Shown here: in pieces, positions 20,286 through 29,998 of the stretch
How positions within the stretch are numbered: position 1 is the stretch's first letter
Layout: each line of letters starts with the position of its first letter
Assembly: GCA_009859145.1 (NCBI GenBank)
Contig: VRVR01000035.1
Span: 250,367-287,738, forward strand
Reading direction: 5' to 3'
From: Andalucia godoyi And28
Lineage: Eukaryota; Protista; Jakobida
DNA: 37,372 nucleotides
Translations under genes and position numbers: made by a program
Notes under the pieces: generated by a model
Database searches by the model: none
The model's input: only the letters and a program-made list of their open reading frames with translations
What the model was told of the DNA's origin: nothing

Positions 20286-21299
20286 GAAACACGGAATCTA
20301 TTGGAGGCACTGCCAGTCAGAGGGGAGAGGGAAGAAGGGGGAATAGTAACGAAAGCAAAATACAGATCCAGCGGATGTCAAACGCAAGGCGAGCTTCCGA
20401 AGTCAATGAACAACAGAAAAGAAGTGCAAAAAAGCAGACAAAGGAACCTCCCCTTTCAAAAATTTAAAAAAAATCGGATTTCAGAACGAAACGGAGGTTT
20501 GAGTGGAAAGTTGAATGTCGAAGACGAAGGAAAGCGACAACTGGAACGCATTATTTCCTTTTCAGGACACTCTGCGACCAAAAATAGCGATCACGATTTG
20601 CTTCCGCGAGCTCTTGTGAAAGTCAACTGCAGAAGCAGTGCGAGCGGAGCAGCACTGAACAGCGTTGTCACAAGAAGTGGGGACGGCTCTTGTTTTTTTG
20701 CACTGCCGCCGTCTCCAGAGGTGAGTGTGTGTGTCTTTTGGACTTTGGAGGCGTAGTCTGCTTGTCCAATGTCCACAGTGTTGTTGTTCACAAAGAGTCC
20801 AAGAACACACACACAAAAAAAAAGCAGCGAGACAAGACGCTCTCATTAAACTGGATTCACTGACACCGACAGTTCCTTCCTCCCCCATCTCCTCTCCCAC
20901 AAGTTTAGGATGATTGTTATTTTTTGAACCTCTGTTTGTTTTCTTTCTCTCGCAAGCTTTCCTTGTCTCCTTTCACGGGTGTTTCGCAAGCAGCCTGGGT
21001 TCTGCAGTTTCCTTTTACTATTATTATTATTATTATTATTTTTGACTTCTCCTATTTTAAAATGGAAAAAAGAGCCCAAACAATACAGGAAAGATGAGTT
21101 GTGGTGTCAACAAAGAATCGTCAAGGCTGGTTTTACGGATCGAATACATATTACTTTTTTCTTCTTGTTTTCTTCTGTTTTTTGTAGAGTGCATTCCCTC
21201 TTGCCTTTTCTCCTTTTGCCGTTCTTGGGACATTTTTTTTCTTTTTTCTTTTTGTTGTCGATGATGACGTGATATCCAAAAACCACATCTGAAGAGAGT

Positions 21300-23093
21300 C
21301 TAAGTCCAAACACTGTCGTTGGAGGCGCTGCCGGTCGTCGAGGAGTTCAAGGAGCCCATCGGGATAGCACTGGAAGTGACGTCCGCAGCATCATCCACCA
21401 TTGGCGCACTGTTCGCGTTGCTGGTGTTGCTGTTCGACAGCGGAGTGCAAATGACTCCGGGAGGATTCACTCGCCCGACGACCACCACAGGAACTTTCCT
21501 GTTCTTTTCATCCATTGCAGACGAACCCGATGCATTCGAAGCACCAGCTGCCAGGGCAACAACTCCCGGGGTCTGGCTGGATGCGCCCATTGCCACAACA
21601 TTGAGCGCCGACAAGCCTTGCGTCGAAGAGATGCCAGGCATTCCTGCACCGCTCATGGGAGCAGCGGGCAGAAGACCCTGCGAATGCGGATCGATGGCCG
21701 CAATGACGCGACTGAGCACAAGCAGTTCGCGTTCAAGGGAGTGCATGAGAAACGTTGACCAACCTTCCGACGACGACGGCAGGCGTCCATCAAAGTACCG
21801 CAGCAACAGTGACAGAGACTCTGAAAGACGAGACAGCTGGGCAAGGGAAAACGCAGGATACAGCGTGCACGGCTTCCAGGCATCATTTATGCCTGTTGAG
21901 GGGCCACTCGCAGGAGCACTGCTTCCCGAATTCGGAGAAGAGTACGGGAACGGGAACGCTGACGAGATGGCATACGGCGTTGCCCACACTGCATTGAATT
22001 CCAAAAATGACGAGAGAAGATGAGACAAGCGGTCGTGAATTGTCACTCCAAGGATCAGCGATGAGTCTCGAACCATTCGTATGCCATCATACAGGAGACC
22101 CAGTGCAGGAGACCACCCTGCGTAAGGGGACGCTGGACCAGACGCCGTCGATGAACTTGGTGCAGACGAAATCGGCCCGGCCGTAGTCAAGATACTATCA
22201 AGAGAAGTGCCCGGTATTGTAGAGTCTATATCCACTCGTCCCCGCTTTCGAGCCTTTGGCATCGGAGCCTGCGATCCTGGTGTGCCTGCGCCAGATCCTG
22301 CTGCACCCGCGGCGGCGGCGGCGGCGGCGGCGGCGGCACCTCTTCCCGAAAGTCCCTTTTCAAAGCGATCAATTCGAACTGCTGCTGCGCACAAGAGGCA
22401 AACTTTGTAGTGACGATGCTGCTCTGACGGCGCATGCTCCGAAAGGCGATACGCATGGCACCGCGAGCAATACGAGACGCGAAGACACTTTAAAGATATC
22501 CCACTTGAAGAACTGTTGTTGTTGTTGTTGTTGTTGTTGCTGCTGCTGCTGCTGGCGTTCGTATTATTGCTGGCGGCACTGGTGGTGGCAGTGTTGGCAC
22601 CAGTACTGTTTCCGATCATCCCAGAACCACTTGTGCTTCCAGCTGCACTAGCAGGAGCAGAGTTTGAAGATGAACTCGCCGCCGACGACAATGACGGTGC
22701 AGTTGTCGATGTCGATGTCGATGTCGATGATGAAGACAACATCGGTGCTGATTGAACAGGTAAAGACGTCTGCAGAAGCGCAGGAGAGTCGTCATTCCAG
22801 ACAGCAGTCGAAAGCAGCTGTGGATTGCTCATCATGTTGAGCAGCTGTGAAGGGTTTGGCGAGGATGCGCCGACCACAATGTCGATCTTGAGCCCCATGT
22901 GCTCTTCACAGAATAGACTCACCGATGCATCATTGCTCGCTGCATTCGGATTTCCCAGCGAGCCAGTGCTTGCCACCAACTCGCCGTCCTGGGTCGACGA
23001 GGACCGACTGCCCCCGCGGACCGAACGCTTAGGTGGGAAACAAACGGGACACAGCGAAGGAACTGTAGGAGGCGACGGAGAACGAGTTGACAT
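21300..23093 (-). CDS. Low-complexity, probably nuclear protein with Cys clusters (putative Zn finger) and NLS, ~597 aa
   Basis: Long ORF (track 21300-23285) with first coding-like ATG at 23093. It contains CPVC...CEEH, CSRCHAYR-x13-CLLC, the basic stretch PKARKRGR and poly-S/N/A tracts encoded by trinucleotide repeats. Confidence 0.7.
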   Translation of the reverse strand: MSTRSPSPPTVPSLCPVCFPPKRSVRGGSRSSSTQDGELVASTGSLGNPNAASNDASVSLFCEEHMGLKIDIVVGASSPNPSQLLNMMSNPQLLSTAVWNDDSPALLQTSLPVQSAPMLSSSSTSTSTSTTAPSLSSAASSSSNSAPASAAGSTSGSGMIGNSTGANTATTSAASNNTNASSSSSNNNNNNNNSSSSGISLKCLRVSYCSRCHAYRLSEHAPSEQHRHYKVCLLCAAAVRIDRFEKGLSGRGAAAAAAAAAAGAAGSGAGTPGSQAPMPKARKRGRVDIDSTIPGTSLDSILTTAGPISSAPSSSTASGPASPYAGWSPALGLLYDGIRMVRDSSLILGVTIHDRLSHLLSSFLEFNAVWATPYAISSAFPFPYSSPNSGSSAPASGPSTGINDAWKPCTLYPAFSLAQLSRLSESLSLLLRYFDGRLPSSSEGWSTFLMHSLERELLVLSRVIAAIDPHSQGLLPAAPMSGAGMPGISSTQGLSALNVVAMGASSQTPGVVALAAGASNASGSSAMDEKNRKVPVVVVGRVNPPGVICTPLSNSNTSNANSAPMVDDAADVTSSAIPMGSLNSSTTGSASNDSVWT

Positions 23094-23425
23094 TGTACTG
23101 GCGAACTCCACGAACGACTGAGAGAAAGATGCGCGCGCTTTTTTTTTTTTAATTAACGAAAAACAAAGAATAAAGAAACATTGGGATCGACAGGAGTAGA
23201 CAGTTGAACCGAGAAACGGGTCCAAACCCCAACGGAGCGACAGTTGTCTACTACAGTGAATTCTCGTTTTTCGTTTCTTTCGCACCTTTTAAAATAATAA
23301 TTATTGGGGGTATTCTTGAATCGGATAAATTGTTGTTCGTTTGTCCTTGCAGGAGGAAGAAACAACAACAACAAAATAACTGGCATTGCAGGCAGGTGCA
23401 TGAAAATAATCCAAGTACTCCGAAG
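23094..23425. promoter_or_regulatory. Probable bidirectional promoter region between the Zn-finger gene and CABLES
   Basis: About 330 bp separate divergent predicted starts; positional inference only. Confidence 0.35.
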
Positions 23426-24922
23426 ATGACACGAAAAGCATTGGCGTTTTTGACAGGGATTTCTCTTTCTTCTCGCCGTACGGTGGCTCCGCGCAGTGAC
23501 GCCGCCTTTGCTTCTGCAAGTGGTTCACGAGCGGATAGTGCACTGTCGAGCATTGGCTCCACTGCAAACAATAGCATGAGCAATGTGTTTGCCAATCCGT
23601 CGACCGTCTTGGTTGTCGCTGGCGCAACACTAGAAGGACAGGGCGCTGCCACAAACAGTGGATCGACACAACCACCACAGAGTTCCAATGGTCTTCGTCC
23701 GCATGGATACTATAATTCCAGTGGCCTTTCGAACATCACTGTTCCGTATCATGCAACTGATGTGATGGATACGAATGATGCATACCAAGTATCTGAGGTC
23801 AGCGATTCTGTCGATGCCGCCAGATCCCTTTCGTTTGCCGTTCAGCCGTATCGAGTTGCGCTCCCCGGCTTCTTGTCCACCACAATTCCGTATGCAACTG
23901 CCCGAGAATCGTTCCATGATGTGCATCGACGGGGGTCTCGGCATGGTGATCCGCCGAGTCTAGTGGCACTTGGGGCGAATCGCTCTCAATTCTTTCGCCA
24001 CGCAAACACGATGCCAAATCTTCTCTCTTCACAAACAGGAGATGAATCGGCTGTGTCTCATTCCAACGCCGGAGCCTTTTCGCAGTTTGGAAAGATGCTG
24101 CTGCTCCCCGTACACTCGTCCGCGTATCCTGCGCAATTTATGGCCGAGGGCACTCCGTTGACGTCTACCGTTGCAAATGTCGGACGTCGATCACGAACAA
24201 GAGGACATTCATATGCAGACACGTTGTCCTCGGCATTGAAGGATTTCATCCCTGTTCCATATACTTCTGATGTTTTTGATTCTCCAGAGTCTATTCGATC
24301 CACATCGTTCGTCGCTCCTCCTCACCGTATTGCTCTCCCAGGGTTCCTCTCCACAATCGTGCCATATGTGTCACCTCGCGATGCGAAGGATACCATGAAC
24401 GAGCTCTTCAGGCGAAGATGCAGCGAACTCGGTATCACCATGAATCCTGCAATGACCTATTCAAAGATTAGGAAGCTGCGACTGGAGTTGTTTACGCTGT
24501 GCAAGCATCTTGACATTGAAATCGCCACTCTTGCAACAGCATTCATTTACCTCGATCTTTGTTTGATCCGTGCAGCCATCACAAAGTCAAATCGAAAGGT
24601 AATGGCTCTGGCATGCTTGGCAATCGCCATCAAATTCGCTGACCCGCGGTTCCGAGATCGGACATTGTACAAGACCCTCCTTGACGAGGCAGACGAGCGA
24701 ATGGGTGTCAAGCGCAAAACAGTCCTTGATGCGGAGTGGGTCGTCTTTGCTGATGTGTTGAAATTTGAATTGTCCATCGCAACCATTCATGCGGAAAGCA
24801 TGTTTCGGAAGATATTTGCCGATGGATATTGGGGATTGCAAATCGGCGAGTATTTTGCCCAACGTCCTGGCTATCGTCCTGCCACCCAAAAAAAGGTGTC
24901 CCTTGACATCCAAATATCATAA
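23426..24922 (+). CDS. CABLES: CABLES-family cyclin-like protein (CDK5 and ABL1 enzyme substrate)
   Basis: N-terminal ALAFLTGISL (cf. AALSFLxNISLDG) and C-terminal cyclin box MTYSKIRKLR...ATAFIYLD...ITKSNRKVMALACLAIAIKF...EWVVF...LKFEL. Confidence 0.85.
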   Translation: MTRKALAFLTGISLSSRRTVAPRSDAAFASASGSRADSALSSIGSTANNSMSNVFANPSTVLVVAGATLEGQGAATNSGSTQPPQSSNGLRPHGYYNSSGLSNITVPYHATDVMDTNDAYQVSEVSDSVDAARSLSFAVQPYRVALPGFLSTTIPYATARESFHDVHRRGSRHGDPPSLVALGANRSQFFRHANTMPNLLSSQTGDESAVSHSNAGAFSQFGKMLLLPVHSSAYPAQFMAEGTPLTSTVANVGRRSRTRGHSYADTLSSALKDFIPVPYTSDVFDSPESIRSTSFVAPPHRIALPGFLSTIVPYVSPRDAKDTMNELFRRRCSELGITMNPAMTYSKIRKLRLELFTLCKHLDIEIATLATAFIYLDLCLIRAAITKSNRKVMALACLAIAIKFADPRFRDRTLYKTLLDEADERMGVKRKTVLDAEWVVFADVLKFELSIATIHAESMFRKIFADGYWGLQIGEYFAQRPGYRPATQKKVSLDIQIS

Positions 24923-25522
24923 TTTCATTTCGTCTCACCGCCGTCTTCTTTTCCATTATTTGAATTACCGGCACACCGTGCAGTACACGCCTGCAAGACG
25001 TCGACGTCCCGCATGTATTAATTATTAAAGTAGTTATTGCTATTGTTGTTATTGTTGTGATTCTCGGAATGATGACTGCTGCGATTCTTGCTGCTCAAAC
25101 GCAGTGTATGGTCCTGTGATACATTTGTTTTTCTCGCTTGAGGCGGGTCCCTGCTGTGAATGGTACTCTGTTTTTCCTGCAGTTTTATGAAACCGCTGGC
25201 GTCCAGGTGGTTTCCTTTCCTAGTCATGCAGAAGAATACAGCACATGCAAGCAATTTCTTTATGTATTTATGTGTGTGTGTGTGTGTGTGATGCGGCATT
25301 CGGAGGAAGACTCATACTGGCCAGACTTGAGTCGCTTGATGCTTCTGTTGTTCGTACCGCTTTTCGTCAAATAATTATAATAATGATGATTATTATTATT
25401 TTTTGAGTTTCGACAGTTCAGCCAGTGGCAGCTACGCGCTTAGCAAAGCCTATATAGATATCATTGCCGCCTCGGGGGGTGCCCAACAAGAGCGTCACTG
25501 TTCGTTGAGGCCGCACGTTATT

Positions 25523-26596
25523 ATGAATCTTCGCAGCCGGTCCGGGGTGCTCTCTGGCTGCGTCGTAGTGTTGTTTTTCACATTCGCTGGGCTGTTGCTC
25601 CAATCGTCGCTACGACTGTGGTCTTCAGGAGATCACCAAACGGACACGGCATCGCTGCCTCGGCAGCCTCTCACGTGTGCTTCTGCAGAGCTTCGACTGC
25701 TTTTGGAGGCTTCAAATGGGCTTGAACCTCTGGAGATCTCGTTTGGCCTCGTTGGCCGTCTTGGAAACCGTATTTTCGAGCTGTTTTCCGTGATTGGTAC
25801 TTGTCTGAATTCTGCATGCTCTTCCATTGTTCTGAAGGAACACCCGACAGATGTGTATGAGATTTTCCCGGGTCTCGCACCCTGTGTCGAGCCACTGCGA
25901 TCACAGCAAGTATCTCTTCCACGCATCCCCCTTGGCGAAAAAAGCTGGGGAGTCTTTTCAGAGGATTTTATGATGCTAGAACGCGGACGACAGTATCGAT
26001 TGCAAGGGTATTTTCAAAGTTGGAAGTATTTCCAGCCACTATCTTCATCGGTACTGCGTCGTCTGCTGAACTCGGATCGTATGCAGCCGATGCGGTCCCA
26101 TGTGGCGAGCATCAAGGAACGACACAACGTAAAGTGTGTCGCGGCGGTGCATGTCCGGAGGGGAGACAATGTTTGGCAGCCAAAGTATTGGGTTGCTGAC
26201 GCTGCCTGGCTGGAGAACGCCATGAAGTATCTGGAGGCCCAAGTTGGCGAGAAGTGTGCCTTTATTGTCCTATCTGGAGGAGCGCCTGCTGCTGGCCGAT
26301 CGGACAGCGAAGGAATCTCTTGGTGTCGATCTCACATCGACTCGGATCAGTTTCTCGTTGTAGACATCCGATCAAACCCGGATCCGTTGAACGATCTGTT
26401 TCTGCTGGCTGCCGCAGATCACGCCATCATCACAACAGGAACGTTCGGTTGGTGGGGAGCCTATCTGAATGCTGGAATCCGAGTTGCTTGCGACAATTTC
26501 TACACCCCCAAAGCGGAATACACGTGCGAGGACTACTTTCCTCCCGGATGGCATTTGTTTGATAGAGAGTTTCGACCTTCAATTTGCGATGTCTAA
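25523..26596 (+). CDS. Alpha-1,2-fucosyltransferase, glycosyltransferase family 11
   Basis: Type II N-terminal membrane anchor, GRLGNRIFE, GYFQSWKYF, AVHVRRGD (GDP-fucose binding) and DLFLL...TGTFGWWGAYLN motifs. Confidence 0.9.
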   Translation: MNLRSRSGVLSGCVVVLFFTFAGLLLQSSLRLWSSGDHQTDTASLPRQPLTCASAELRLLLEASNGLEPLEISFGLVGRLGNRIFELFSVIGTCLNSACSSIVLKEHPTDVYEIFPGLAPCVEPLRSQQVSLPRIPLGEKSWGVFSEDFMMLERGRQYRLQGYFQSWKYFQPLSSSVLRRLLNSDRMQPMRSHVASIKERHNVKCVAAVHVRRGDNVWQPKYWVADAAWLENAMKYLEAQVGEKCAFIVLSGGAPAAGRSDSEGISWCRSHIDSDQFLVVDIRSNPDPLNDLFLLAAADHAIITTGTFGWWGAYLNAGIRVACDNFYTPKAEYTCEDYFPPGWHLFDREFRPSICDV

Positions 26597-26939
26597 CTTG
26601 CAGCACGACATTTTTCTGTCTTTTTTATCTTCTTCTTCTTCTTCTTCAGTGGGTTTTGTTGAATGAATGAATGATGTCATGTTGCTTCATAATCGTCTTG
26701 CCGTGCTGTTTTTGTTTACCTCGCGAACGATCGTTTTTGTCATGCCGTCTGCTTTCGCTGCACTTAGGAGGAAAGCAAGTTATCATGTTGATTGAGACTC
26801 CTCATCCTTGAACAGACTCTCCTTCAGTCCACGACTCGGAAATTCTGACGGCATGCAGTAAGTGTCACGCGGTTGCTCCTGTGTTGCGAGTGTCCTCTGG
26901 AACGAGAAATGCGAAAGAAAAGATATGAACTGCGAAATT

Positions 26940-28706
26940 CTAGGCTGTCATTCTGGCATAATCAGCTCCAGAGTGCTGGAGCTTGTTCCCGAGAGCGGCC
27001 GAACGCTGCACAAAAAGCAGAACACTGAGCACAGCAAAGACAGCCGTGGTAGCACCGAGGGAAATGACAATCGCCATCCATTTTGCATCAGACATACCCT
27101 CCTGGCCGCCAGACGAGGAAGAGCAAGAAACCGGCTTTGAAAACGGAGGGATTAATGGCACATCGTTCCAAAGGTTAGTTGTGCCAAAGTACAACTGCGA
27201 CATTTGCTGAATGTCGACAGTTACCCCGTCAAAGTCAGGCACTGGAATCGTATTTAGACAAGACATGTCAGGCATAACAGACCCAAAGCTGAACAAGAAG
27301 GAAAATGCAATTGCGTTGGCACAAGGCGCATTGTAAGCTACTGTTCCGTGAGCAGAGAACGGGATTGTCACCAGCGTCGCAGAGGGACCGAGGCCATCTA
27401 CAAACCAACGGCCGAGTCCGTGCGGAGTGTTTGGATCCAGTGTTCCAACCATGACCAGGACGGGCATCGATGGGGAAGCAAACTTTTTGTATGTTGACGG
27501 ATCTGGAGTATAGAGCGGAAGAACGCGTCGGATGCGAGACACGACAAGTTGCGGAGAAGCATCGGCAAACACTCGACCAGTTTCATATACTTGCTGGTCG
27601 TAGGACATTGGGCCTCCGGGGCTGCCAACGGGCCCGCTCGCGAAGCTGTACACTTCGGACGCTCCAATAATGGTTCCCAGGGCATATGAATATTCCTGGG
27701 ATACGGGGACACTTGCACTCTGACTCCTGTACGTGCGGAATGTGTTCAGTTGTTGAACATCCAGATCTGAGCACCGGTAGAGCCGCCACCAAAACGGGCC
27801 CTGGAGGACGTGGGCAGCACCGTTCAAGGTCATGAATGCTGCATCAGTGGCAGCAATGTGCTGAGTTAGCCAAGGGAGCTTAGCCAGACAAGGTAGCGTA
27901 CCGTCAATAATGGAATCCATGACAAACCGCGGAATCAGTCCCAAGGTCCCAAGATGCGCAGCACACGCAGCAGAGTGTGTTGCACAGTCCGACAGGACAT
28001 CCCGGGAGACCCGGCTGACCCACTCCGCATTGTTCTCAAGGGCCCAGCGATTGGGAGGAACCGGGCCATCAAATACCACGGCGTCTGCGCGGGCTCCCGG
28101 GAGCTGCAGATATATATTCGTGATGTACGTGCCAAACGAGAGGGCGTAAACTGCAACTTTGGCGGGGGCAACAGCGTCGACGGCAGCCTTCAGGTCTTGT
28201 GCTGCGTGGTGTGCGCTGTAGAATCGAGACACGGCGCCATACCGGTTCACAATATCCATGTTGCATGCATCAAACATGGCAACCATCGTTGCATTAAACG
28301 GATCAAAATACGCTGCAGTCGGAGGAGATGCGCAGTTGATGTAGTTGCTGAGGCCCGTTCCGCGCTGGTCGGCCAGGTACACTGTGAGAGACTTGTCGAG
28401 CCCGTAGACCACTTTTGCAATCGGAGCGAACACAGCAGAGGAAAATCCAGGCCCGCCGTCCAGCATCCATAGACTGTTGTTGGATGGTCCAACAGAACGA
28501 TCATAGTAGCGCCGGATGAATATTCCGATCGTTGTGCTCGAAGCATTTAGAGGATCCAGAGGTCGCATCAGCGTCGCACAGTCATTTGCATCCGCACTCA
28601 GTGGATTCGCAGGACACGGACCCCACTGAAGCGAGTCCATTGAAGCATTGGCGTAACCACAGAGAATGGCCACAATTGCAAACACAACAAGTAACCGTGC
28701 TGGCAT
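26940..28706 (-). CDS. Secreted/type I membrane alpha/beta hydrolase, TAP-like (peptidase S33 / Abhydrolase_4)
   Basis: Signal peptide MPARLLVVFAIVAILCGYANA, QWGPC...CATLMRPLD, LDGGPG, DQRGTGLS, nucleophile ALSFGT, GTLDPNTP (Asp), SAHGT (His), C-terminal TM helix and a YARM tail. Confidence 0.85.
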   Translation of the reverse strand: MPARLLVVFAIVAILCGYANASMDSLQWGPCPANPLSADANDCATLMRPLDPLNASSTTIGIFIRRYYDRSVGPSNNSLWMLDGGPGFSSAVFAPIAKVVYGLDKSLTVYLADQRGTGLSNYINCASPPTAAYFDPFNATMVAMFDACNMDIVNRYGAVSRFYSAHHAAQDLKAAVDAVAPAKVAVYALSFGTYITNIYLQLPGARADAVVFDGPVPPNRWALENNAEWVSRVSRDVLSDCATHSAACAAHLGTLGLIPRFVMDSIIDGTLPCLAKLPWLTQHIAATDAAFMTLNGAAHVLQGPFWWRLYRCSDLDVQQLNTFRTYRSQSASVPVSQEYSYALGTIIGASEVYSFASGPVGSPGGPMSYDQQVYETGRVFADASPQLVVSRIRRVLPLYTPDPSTYKKFASPSMPVLVMVGTLDPNTPHGLGRWFVDGLGPSATLVTIPFSAHGTVAYNAPCANAIAFSFLFSFGSVMPDMSCLNTIPVPDFDGVTVDIQQMSQLYFGTTNLWNDVPLIPPFSKPVSCSSSSGGQEGMSDAKWMAIVISLGATTAVFAVLSVLLFVQRSAALGNKLQHSGADYARMTA

Positions 28707-29809
28707 TCGCGTGTCGTTGCAAATCAGTAATGATGGCAAATAAATATCGAACAGTAATAAAGTACTACCCTCCTCCCGAAAGCCTCTCCAAACCATGCTC
28801 CAAACATTTGTCGCATGCTGTGTGCTTCAAACAGTTTGCTTGGCGTTAAAAGGGGCCTTTTTTACAGTCAGCATTAGCGTCCATCTAATGAAAATTCCTT
28901 TTGATGGGGACATCCGTGGATCTGCGCACCCCAAAAAACAGAGGCAACCTATTTTCCTGTTCAAAGCTTTCGAATTGATCAATTAGTGCATTCGTTAGAA
29001 ACCGTCTGGACCTTGGGAACAAGGAAAGAACTAGGGATTTTCAACGAGCTTCTTTTACTGCCATTCCGCATTTTTAATCCACTTGTTCATTCTCTCTCGA
29101 TCTTTCATTCTCTGTTTTTAATCGAGCCGATATTGTATTCCTTCTGTTAATTGGCAATGGTGTGCACCACATAGAGAGAGAGAGAGGCCGCAGCGGAGGA
29201 ATCATCGATTACAAGGAATCGGTTGCCAGTATTCGACAGTGTCTCTCGCTGGGCCTCGACCTGCACATCTTCAACCATACTATCCGGTGGTATCACGGCC
29301 GTCCACCAGACGTTTTTGGGTTGGAGGCTATAAAACGGTGGAATCGGACACTTTCCTTGTGCTTGCGCCACACGAGGAAAACGAGGTGTGGGAAACTCAG
29401 GCAGTAGCAGAACACTTTCCCACCCTTACAGCCAGCGCCTGTCGCGGACCACTTCTGACGTCGTGTCCGAGCAGTCTCATAACCAAATAGCTTGATGAAG
29501 AAATTACATGTCTTTTATGGTGTCCGCATGCCGCCCCGATGGTCCTCGCCGTTGTGATTTTTTGCCCGCCATTGCTCATCCCCAGCCAGGTGGCTTGTTC
29601 CACGGCCGGTCTGCTTGCATCCTTTAGATGAGTGGTTGCTCGGTTTTTAAAAGGCAGGTGCGCCCCTGAAGATGGATCAGTCGACCGGTCGATCGGGGCC
29701 GTTCACTCTTTTTTTTATTTCTGTTTCCAGTCTCTTTAATTCAATCCCTTTTGAAAAAAAAATATTTCAAATGCAACTACGTAACATTTCTCAACCACCA
29801 AATTGTTGA

Positions 29810-29978
<169 letters not shown>

Positions 29979-29998
29979 CGAAACAAAAACAATATTAT

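Noticed and set aside
29239-29490. FLVLAPHEENEVWETQAVAEHFPTL resembles a decayed chromodomain end
   Set aside because: Too short, lacks the core VKWKG motif and has no adjacent retroelement sequence; likely chance.
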